Assembly: GCA_964016885.1 (NCBI GenBank)
Contig: OZ024740.1
Coordinates: forward strand, 97,588,001 to 97,652,000
DNA length: 64,000 bases
Direction: 5' to 3'
From: Eledone cirrhosa
Lineage: Eukaryota
The notes beneath the pieces are model-generated. The model saw nothing but the letters and a program-made list of their open reading frames with translations. It ran no database searches and was not told the DNA's origin. Positions 53,607 to 64,000 of this stretch are shown piece by piece. A program made the translations under genes and the position numbers. Every line of letters begins with the position of its first letter. Positions within the stretch are counted from its first letter, which is position 1.

Positions 53607-55119
53607 GAAATGTATAATTGTTGGTAGCACTAAGACATCATTTAAGCATAATAGGTGTGTATGAAAACATCTATAAATAAATATAATGTGGTTATATACA
53701 ATAAATATATGGGTAGCCTCGCAGCTGAAAAAAAAATGTTTTCATAATGAATAACATTTTTTTTATTTTTCTTAATTTTTCTTGGTGAAAATATTACCGA
53801 GTTGCCAGAATGTTCTGAGAATGCCAGACAACGCTGTTTTAAGATTTGTTAATCTTACATCAGTGACACTCACTCACAATGTACTGTCATGAAATGGACT
53901 ATAGTCTATATAGAATTTTATATGAGGAACACTTGCTGAAGCTGCTCATTTGCATATGATAAAAGCAGTAAACATCACCAGTAATGTTCATTTGCATATA
54001 GTTTGAGTCGGGTTGGTTATATTTAATTGATGGCAGTGTTAAGACAGCGTTTAAACATAAAAGAAGTGTATATGAAAACATATATATACATGTGTATATG
54101 TTTTCATATACATCTGTTGGCTGACAGCGGCCATGCAGATCATTAATGATTATGTACCCTACTGCAATGATGCCCTCTGATGTAGTGGATTCAACCAGGA
54201 TATAGAATCCCTCAGACCCCCTAAAGAAGTATGTAAATACTGCTGGAGCAGAAAACATAGTCATGTGCTGTAACCTTGACCACAATGCAGATGTGGTAAC
54301 ACAACTCACTCAGATATATTTCCGGATGATCTGAAGGTACATTCCGGGACAATGTAACTTCCAATAAATACTCAAGAGAAAACTGTAAAGCTACCATACT
54401 CTGCAATGTCTAACATAACATAGAGTATTGCCACCTACAATAGGGACAACCTCAACAGACACAGACCCCACGGTTCTTGCAATTTGTGCTTGGCTGAGAC
54501 ACTCTGCATTTTGTTCAATAAGGCCATATTAATAAATAAACGAGCCAAGCTGGTGATTATATATATATACCACAACAAAAATCATACCTATGTCTCAAAT
54601 TAACATATGATCTTGGATGCTATTCATCCATACTTACCAACTACTAGAATCCTGAACCACTTGGCATCTAAGCTCATGCAGTAACTTATATTTGGACAAA
54701 GCCCACCCTACACACTTGCTCCTCCACTTCCACTAGGACCCCACCTGTGGACTCCCATTTCTCCACTCCTCACTTCTTGTATCTACTTAATATTTATTAT
54801 GACACATCAACGAACCACTACTTGTAAGTTTTCTTTTTCCATACTATATTTCATATGTGTATGTGTGCAGACAATGTTACCACCTTCTCTCCTTTGGTGT
54901 TTGTATGGATTAATAAATGTAATGTGTACATATGTGTGTATTGGTATGATGTACACGGGCATGTATGTGTGTATACATAGTTATTATGCCTAAAATAGTG
55001 TACATGCGCAATACAAGTGTGTGCAGATGTACATATGTGTGTATTTGTATGATGTATACAGGCACGATGTGTGTATGCATATGTGTATGTGAGTGTGTTT
55101 GTATGCTTGGACGCACGTC

Positions 55120-55365
55120 AAGATAGAACTGGTCATTCTGTATAGTTATCCATGATGTAATATTAAGAAAGGCATTCAACGTTATGGAACGCATCCATCT
55201 TTGATGTTGAATCTTGTTGGTGGTGCAAGAATGGAGTTAATTATTATTGAGTAAAGTGAGAGGAGGCCAAACTGTAGAAATGCCTACAAATATTTATTTC
55301 AGCAAAATCTACGTACATTTCAGTGACCAGGTTACATAAGATCCTGGTGATATAATCAGATGTAT
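55120..55365 (-). mobile_element. Diverged fragment of the 49.4-51.6 kb family with a degenerate hammerhead (55307-55361)
   Basis: Aligns to 51000-51230. Minus strand reads CTGATTA...GAAAT-GTAC-GTA. Confidence 0.65.
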
Positions 55366-56558
55366 ATTGCATAATATGTATGTAATAACGTGATATAATA
55401 TATTTATATAATATAGAGAAAGCAGAGAATAAAAATATATATGTATATTTGATTTCCAGTTTTTATTTTTTTATTAACAGCGTTGACAACCATTTCATTC
55501 ATTATGCTATGATATGATAATTTTCTGCAGTGCACAGTCAGCATTGCATTCTTCCATTTGTGTAGTTGGTCACATGATTTGTGATATGCTAGTCAGTATC
55601 AGAATGGTTTACATACTTATCTTCCATATTTCATCCATATCAGAACAATCTTACTTGGTGGCCAAGTAAAAACCTACTGTATATACTAGCCGATTCAAAT
55701 ATGAGCTGAACCCCCTATTTTATGTCTGAGAAATGGGCAAATAATCTAACTCCATGTATAAGCTGAGGCAGTTAATCAACATTTATTCATATGGTAAATA
55801 TAAGCCAACCTCCTATTTTACCATCGAATTTTGGTCACATTTTCATCTGCTTATATTCAAATATATATGGAAATTAATCTATTGGGTGTAAACAAATATG
55901 AAATCCTTTAGAATCCAGTCACTTTACATATGCCCTCGTATGACAATTAATGTCAATAAAAAATTCCAATACTATTTGTTCAAGATTTTCTTTGTTGACA
56001 TGTCATCCAAGGATTAATGATTTGGTAAATAAAAATAATCACTAGCTACATGGACACATACATTAACTCTAACAAAAAAATATAAACTACTACACACTGG
56101 TTGCATTTTATTCGCTAAGTAAAACTGAGCTGAAGATAAATAATAACAACATAGCCACAGCTGGAATATTTCTGCTCACAGGTATGTTCAATCAGAGTTA
56201 ATTCAGAGATATACAACAAACAATAACATTATATCAGAGTAATTTAGATCAGTTTGACTCTTTACTCATATCTTTAATTTTTGAATGGATTGAATCGATT
56301 AATTTTAGCTTGCAATATTTGCCTGAATTGTTGGTTTCAGTACACTCTAGCAGTGTAATAAAGGGGTTTTAATCATTTATGGTAACTCCAGTATTCATGT
56401 CTCAGTCTTTATTTATTGAATTACTCACTCAGTTACATTTTTTATTGTGTACCCTCCTTGTATTAAGTAAATAAAACTAAGGTTTACCAGTTTGCAATGA
56501 TAAACATAAACACACACAAACACACTCATACATACATCTATCTAGTTATCTATCTATC

Positions 56559-56625
<67 letters not shown>

Positions 56626-56902
56626 TAAGTTGATCCAACTAATACACCTTGAGCAAATGAGGCTAATCTGCCCACATAAATAGGCGAAACTATATATTTT
56701 TGCTTTTTATCAAGGTACAGCAGAGTAGGAAAGCATTGTCCTGATGAGGGCCAGTAGCCTGTAATGGACATAAACAGTTGTTCCTCGCTACTTCTGCTGA
56801 AAGACGATACTGACCATCGACCTTTCAATATTCATAGCTGTTCTTTCTTATTTAATAAATATACCCTATATCTTTAGATATACGAAATTCACACACACAC
56901 AC

Positions 56903-56956
<54 letters not shown>

Positions 56957-56964
<8 letters not shown>

Positions 56965-57873
56965 GAAAAGCATGGGAAGAAGAATACTGCATGGTTGCAC
57001 ATGGATTACATATTATAAAATTAGTCCCTCATCAGTGATATGCCAACCATCATTGGTATTTCATCGCATTAAAAATCAGATAACTCAGGTTGTTGCGAGC
57101 AATAACTAAAATAAGCTATTGGGACAAGTGAAACGCGTAAAGCGAGTGAGACAAGTAAACAACAGAAGGAAAAGCAAACCGAAGGTTGGGAAAACAGCAA
57201 GCAATCATGAGAGTTATCCGATCAGCATAATCTGGGTGAATTTCATGAGCGGTCAGAGAAGCAGACCGTACGCCGTGAATGCGGTGTGAGAAAGAAGGAA
57301 ACCCACTAATAGCGAACGGGAGGAAGTGAGAAGGGGAGAAACAGAGAGTGAGTGAGTGGAAGTGCGAGGAAGAGGTCAGTCGAGAGAAAGTGTTAACTGA
57401 CAGAGGGGACGAAAGAAGGTAAGAGAAACAGAGAGAACGGGGGAGCAGTAAGAGAGAAACAGATAATCGCAGTTTAGGTAAATATATATGAAAAACATGG
57501 GGAGAAGAATACTGTATGGTTGCACATGGATTATATATTATAAAATTAGTCCCTCATCAATGATTTGCCAACCATCATTGGTATTTCATCGCATTAAAAA
57601 TCAGATACCTCAGGTTGGTGCGAGCAATAACTAAAATAAGCTATTGGGACAAGTGAAACGCGTAAAGCGAGTGAGACAAGTAAACAACAGAAGGAAAAGC
57701 AAACCGAAGGTTGGGAAAACAGCAAGCAATCATGATAGTTATCCGATCAGCATAAACTGGGTGAATTTCATGAGCGGGCAGAGAAGCAGACCGTACGCCG
57801 TGAATGTGGTGTGAGAAAGAAGGAACCCCACTACTAGCGAACGGGGGGAAGTGAGAAGGGGAGAAATAGAGAG

Positions 57874-57880
<7 letters not shown>
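56957..57880. repeat. Direct tandem duplication, ~395-bp units at 525-bp period
   Basis: ATGAAAAGCATGGGAAGAAGAATACTG... at 56963 recurs at 57488 with scattered substitutions. Confidence 0.92.
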
Positions 57881-57904
<24 letters not shown>

Positions 57905-57905
<1 letters not shown>

Positions 57906-58146
57906 AGTAATAACACAACAGTTAGTTCACCATACCAAGAACAATTATTTCACCTTATGTGGATCTTCAGTTCGGACAGGTAATGGTTATACGGAATAGG
58001 AAGAACAACCGTTTGAACGCGCATGCGCATAAACGGTCACTTAACCCAAGCGATAGAAAACCATGGGCAGAAGGTATAAGGGAGATAACTGCATAAGGTG
58101 AAACAATTCTTCCTGGTATGGTGAACTAACTGTTGTGTTACTACTT
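57905..58146. repeat. MITE-like element with ~55-bp terminal inverted repeats
   Basis: AAGTAATAACACAACAGTTAGTTCACCATACCA... / ...TGGTATGGTGAACTAACTGTTGTGTTACTACTT. Confidence 0.8.
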
Positions 58147-58243
58147 ATACCAAACTCGTCCCACGGACTGAGTGCTCTACCACTGCCACTACGGATATTA
58201 CCTTCCAGTGTTCTACCTTTCTCTCTCTCTCTCTCTCTCTCTC

Positions 58244-58275
<32 letters not shown>

Positions 58276-58744
58276 CTCTAGTATAAGTTTGGTATAAATA
58301 TCCGAAGGCTTAGAATGCTCAGTCCATAGGACAAGTTAAGTATGATTAGTTACAAAAGTGACATATTCAGGTACTTAAGTTTCATTGAGTTATATACCCA
58401 ATTGATTTATCCAGTAATAAAAGTAAAAACGGCTTCCCACCATGGAGATTTTAGAAGATATGTAAGCATTCTAATGGTTGGTAATCCTGAAACTATCTAT
58501 AAATAAACAAATACCTGAATTAATGAAAGTGACAGAATGTTCAAAATAAATATGGTATATATCTTCAGATATAGGAAATTCACATGCATGTATGTATACA
58601 GCTATGTTAAAGCTACTAAGTTAGACATGGCCTGGGCCAATACTGGCCGAAACCTATCAAGTTATGTTACCGAGCATCCATGTGAAGCTTTAATTTACAG
58701 ACAGAAAGCATACACACTTCCCCACGAGTGACGGCAAATACCCA

Positions 58745-59360
58745 AAACTCCGAGTTGCCACTATCAACATAAGCACAATGAAAGGAACAGTAGGAGAGAT
58801 CGTCGAGATGTTAGAGCGAAAGGAGGTTAATGTATGCTATGTGCAAGAGACTAGATGGAGAGGAGAGTCCACTAGAGTACGTATAGGCAAAGATCAGTTC
58901 TACAATTTTCTCTGGTTGGGAAATGACAACGGGTTGGGTGGTGTAGGTATACTATTAGCTGACAAATGGATAGATAAGGTAATCTCAGTGAAGAGGGTGA
59001 ATGCAAGAATCATTACACTCAGACTAGTCCTGAATAAAACAATTGCAACAATTATATCAGCTTACGCACCCCAATCTGGGTTGCCAGACAAACTTAGGGA
59101 TAGGTTTTACGAGTCTTTAATGCACACTACTGCCGTAACAAACGTCAATGACATTGGGAAACATCGTGACGGCTTCTAAAGAGTCCATGGAGGCCACGGG
59201 TTTGGCACATGAAATGAAGGTTTATAGTGTGTTGACCACTATAGATTACTGCTTACTAGAGGTTTCAGGCTTCTAGAATGCTGTGACGCCAATGCCATGT
59301 CGATATGTAACACAAACTTCAAAAGCATCGACAACTATCTACTCATCTATAGATCAGGGT
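58745..59360 (+). mobile_element. RTE LINE AP-endonuclease domain remnant
   Basis: LRVATINISTMKG...VCYVQETRWRG...GVGILL...IISAYAPQSG, followed by stops. No RT follows. Confidence 0.9.
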
Positions 59361-62329
59361 AGCATTCCATGTGGTGACTGCTAGTCAATTTTCCATCTAT
59401 AGGGTTATTTTCCCCAATTTTTCTAAAACTGTCTTTCCTGCTATTTTCCTGCATTCGAGATTTTCTACATACATACATATATATGTGTGTGTAATGAAGA
59501 TGTTCAAAATATCCATATAAGCCACATGATATAGGAAGACTAAGAACGCAAAAATCAATTAAAGATTTTTACATTATTTTCTACACAAAATACGTGATTT
59601 TCTACACTAAACATTTTTATATATTAAAACAAGTAATTTACGACAAAAATAGTAATATATCTTGTTTACTCTTAAATGTTTTTACATAATTTTACAGAAA
59701 TCCAGTTACATTATAAAAACAAAATAATATAATATAAAACATATTTACATCTATTTACACTCTGCTGAGTTCTTCAGTATACATAGATTTTTAAATTATA
59801 TAATGGTGACTATGTTGTTTCTACAACACGGGATATAAAATCTCACTTTATATGTAATTTTTGTAAGTTGAGACTCAATAATTCATATTATTTGCAATTT
59901 TTAACAAATCGCTGGTGACTATGGTGTTTCTATAACAGGAGATTATAATACGAAATGTTGTCCATAACAAGAGATGCAATAATCTACAACTAAAGCATTA
60001 TGCATTTTATTTTGGTTGATATTTGTTTATAAATTGCATTTCTTTATTTGTTTGGTTTTGAATCTTTATGTGGATAAAAATGGAAAAATATTAGTGCAAT
60101 TCTGCAACATTTGTCACACATATTTCTATATATGTTGATTCAGGAAATGTCTCCTTGAACACGGCTCCCAAGTTTGCTGGTCGTTAATTATCCTTCTTCT
60201 TTGGAGTGTCATGCCTATTTAGTCAGTGTAATGTTCTCAGCAACAGTCATATTTTACAATATATGTTAAATTTTAGAAAAACAAAAAGAAAAATCATTTT
60301 CAACCTTGAAAATATGTCCTTCCTTGAACTGAAATTCAAGCTTTCTCATAGATGACAACATAGATCACAGGCTAGCCATTCATATTTACTGACATTAAGA
60401 TCTATTGTTTATCAATTGTGAGCAACCTTTTCTAGTTTTCTTTTAAATAACCACATAATTCATTTACAAAATTTGTGAGGATTATGATTATTAATTTATT
60501 TTTAATTCCCTATATCCCATAAATAGGTTGGCATATGTTTGATGCAACTTTAGCTTCTACAGCGGCATATGACGTTTTGCCCATTGGCTGTTTCATCGAA
60601 CATGAATTAGTTGCTTTCTATACAAAATTTCATATCTGTACTCTCTGATTATCTAGCCAGTATTTAATAATTTTAATTCTGTAACTGTGTGGAATGTTAC
60701 TATATATGTTCACAACATCAAACGAATCAATATAGATATTTTAGTGCACTATATTCAGTAGCAAGTTGGGTATATCAAGATTTCTTATAAAGCTTCAGCA
60801 AGATGTCTAGAAAGTTACTTCAGCAATGTTCTCACATGTTTTCAAGTGAAGGTACATTCAAACAAATATTTCTTGATCTTTAGCATGCATCATTAATCAC
60901 TTGACCTTTGCGTATTTTTGACAATCCATAAAAGTTGCTTGTTTTACATTTAAAATTAGTAAGATAATTTAGTTAATTTTAGTTTATACACTTTAAACTA
61001 CATTAAAACAGTGAGGTGTTTCATAACTTTAGTATATTTGTAATTTCTAGCTTTATCGAAGTATATATTGTCCCATAGCATACTTAGCAAAATGTCTGTA
61101 TAGTATTTTGTATCTATAATAGCAACAGAACCTTCCTTATCTACCTCTGTTAAAACTATATTAAATCATAACTCCATTTGCCAAGAACAGCGACTATCAG
61201 ATAGTATCTCCAATCTGATGATTTGTTTCTTTTATATATATGTGTGTGCGTGTGGTAAATTGGCAAAATGGGTAGAGCATCGATAAAATAAAGTACAAGC
61301 CTGAGGTCGATTTAATCGACTTTCCCTCTCCCTCCAAAAATCGCCGGCCTTGTGCCTAAATCTGAAACGATTATTACATATATGTCTAGATTTAAACCAA
61401 ACAGGTGGTTTTATTTTTGTCTGGTTAAATTGCAGTTTGTTTGTCTTGTTTCTATTCTTTCAATAGCAACAAAAATGTCTGGCCTTGTGCCTAAATCAGA
61501 AACATTTATTTCAATTGGAGTTATTGAAATATATTCACAGGATTAATCAACAATTGCATTTCTATCATTTATGGGAGAATATTCATTATTGTTTAAATAT
61601 AGGGTCTGTTTCTTTTTAATGTTCTGGAATTCTAATTCTTCTGCAAAATTTCCAGTGTGTTTTATATTTGAAGAGCTGGTATAAATTTCAGTCATTTACT
61701 GTGTATGTGTTTTTGAAGTGACATAAATATTTCTGCAATAAATTGTTTATTTTGTGGTTCTTATGACTGAGATCTATCTCACATCCCTGTAATGTTTGGT
61801 TAGGTTTAAAGGATTAATATTAGTCTAGGGGAAAGGCATCTTCTACAGTATTCTTATTATTTACATTATTTGTAGTTATTTCTATAGTTACAGTGTATTT
61901 CATTCTGTTCTTTCGTTGTTGTTTTTGCTTTTTTTAATTATTCCTTTAAAACAATTTCATTTTTGTTTTAAATAACTTCTTTCAGCTGATTTTGGAATCT
62001 GTTTCTTTTGAAGTTGGGATTCCCACTTTTGTTGATCTGTCTTCAAGTCTAGAAGGGCAAACTTGTGTTTGATATATTTCATTTAACTTTAGGATATTTT
62101 GATTTGTCTTTGGAAATTGGGACCTTGGGATTGTTCCTGTTGAATAGCTACAGCATAGCCTTTTCTCTTTTTAGTAATAGGTTTTCAAAAGGGTAAACTT
62201 TTTTTAATTTCTCCTCATGATTTGAAAACCAATTTTACCTTTTTATTCTATTTCTGAAAATATATCACTTCATCATACTCACATTCTTGTAGACTTGATC
62301 TAGTAATTTATCCATCGAATTTTTTTCTT

Positions 62330-62520
62330 AGTTTCAAATTTCATTTGTTCATCAATGTCCTCGTATGTCTGGTAATTTGTATCTCCACACAGTTTAGCAT
62401 TTTATCAAGAGATACATTTATTGTAGAATTCTATGTTCTGATTTTTCAAGTATCGTTTTAAGTTGTACTTTGCACAATAAGTGGGGCTGGAGTTATGCAG
62501 CATTCATACATTTCCACTTT
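62330..62520 (-). mobile_element. Possible PLE ORF N-terminal remnant
   Basis: The minus strand reads KYNLKRYLKNQNIEFYNKCIS, resembling the PLE N-terminal 'i.Fl..C' motif. Short and degenerate. Confidence 0.3.
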
Positions 62521-62673
62521 GTTGTGAATCCTCTATATATTCAATAAAGTGAACATTCTTGCATAAAAATGTTTATTTCATATATAACATATTCAGTGTC
62601 TTTTAAGAAAAGCAGTTCTGGGAATATTTTCAGAAAATTTAAGGGAAATTGAATTCTGTTTGTCTTGGCTGAG

Positions 62674-62708
<35 letters not shown>

Positions 62709-64000
62709 TCTGCACTGATTACATCTATTTTTCATTTATGTAACAACATGTAGACATGTAGGTGCTATTGAAATAAGTATAACAGGTTTTGTATAAGAAA
62801 TTAATTATAGTGAAGTAAAACCTTATTTCCGTCTACTCCGTTATACCTGTATTTTTCAACCATTTTATGATTTGACTAATATGCTAAAGATGGAGTGACT
62901 TGCATGTTAGGCCGCTGAATTGTACATATACAGGAATATTTAACTAAGAATATAGGCAAAATAACTACATGATATGGTCAGATAACTTACTAGATATAAT
63001 CAATATAATTGGTGATTGAATGTTTTTGTAGTTGTCCATTGGATAGACTTTTGATCTTGTGATTGTTGCAAGCCTGTTTTGATTGAGTATGCCTATAGTC
63101 AAATGTGTTCCAAGCATGAACTTATTATTGTTTAGCACCAAATCAGTCCTGGTGAAGCAGAGCAATAATCAAAGACATTTCAAGCATGACCATGTTTTTA
63201 TTGAGGCCCAGGTTAACCTTAATTAACTATATCTATGACCAAAAGGGTTCCACTGATGCCGATGACATTTAGCTCCACATCAATCCTGAATGAGAAAACC
63301 TATGAAGACATGTTTAAATACTAATATGTTCTTCCATTTTTACTTATAGTAATGTGTGATTTGAAGCATATGTAGTAACTATGGCGACAGTGTGTTGACT
63401 ATAGCAACGCAGTGTCGCCACCTGTGGGTAACACAAAAAAATAGCGAATTACTTCCCTTATCTCGGCGTTCTCTACAAGAAGAGACGCCAATGTAAAACT
63501 CAAGAGATTTGGTTTTCAATTCCAATCGCCTTTGTCCTGCCACGTGGACGTACTTTGTAAAAAGGCCTGTTTTTGACCAAGAGATTTTCATATCTCTTCT
63601 TGAATGTAAGAATTAAGCCATTGCCGTTTAGCTTGCAGGGTATGTCCTATGAATGTAATTATTATGTTGTGTTTTATTAAATGAATCATTTAATAAAAGA
63701 TTAGCCTTGTTATCGTTAAAGCCCTTCTGTTTTAATTAATAATCTTAGAGAGATGAGATGTCGTTCACACACCTGGACGATATATCATTTTTGTAAATTG
63801 GTGACCCCGACTAAGAACAACTCTTAAAATTCTTCTGTGTTTAAAATTCTTCTGTATTGCTGAATTGTATCTCCTTCTGACCTGCCTTGCAAGCATAGTT
63901 TGATAAAAACAAAAAAATTATCACAACTCATCCAGCGTTTTATCAACAATGATATTTATTTTATGTACAAAGTGTGCGACGCTGCACATATATATATGGA

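Overview
AT-rich, repeat-dense eukaryotic DNA with no intact host gene recognisable. The repeat content suggests an octopus/coleoid cephalopod intron or intergenic region (inference): (TA)n and (ATG)n microsatellites, RTE-clade LINE fragments, two tRNA-derived SINE families and many Penelope-like element (PLE) remnants. Most ORFs in the track are microsatellite or antisense artefacts. The main feature is the 37-46.7 kb block, a nest of inverted repeats. It contains a ~2.4-kb inverted duplication (39014-41408 / 43445-45780) and at least five smaller foldbacks. Three foldbacks, unrelated in sequence, each carry a mirror-image pair of type I hammerhead ribozyme (HHR) motifs, one per strand and pointing outward. 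One pair is a U3-A8 core covariant with a long extended stem I, and a fourth HHR pair lies in the big arms. A separate non-coding element at 49.4-51.6 kb has two HHR-bearing direct repeats 1696 nt apart (retrozyme-like). All folds were done by eye, ribozyme activity is untested, and repeat boundaries are approximate.
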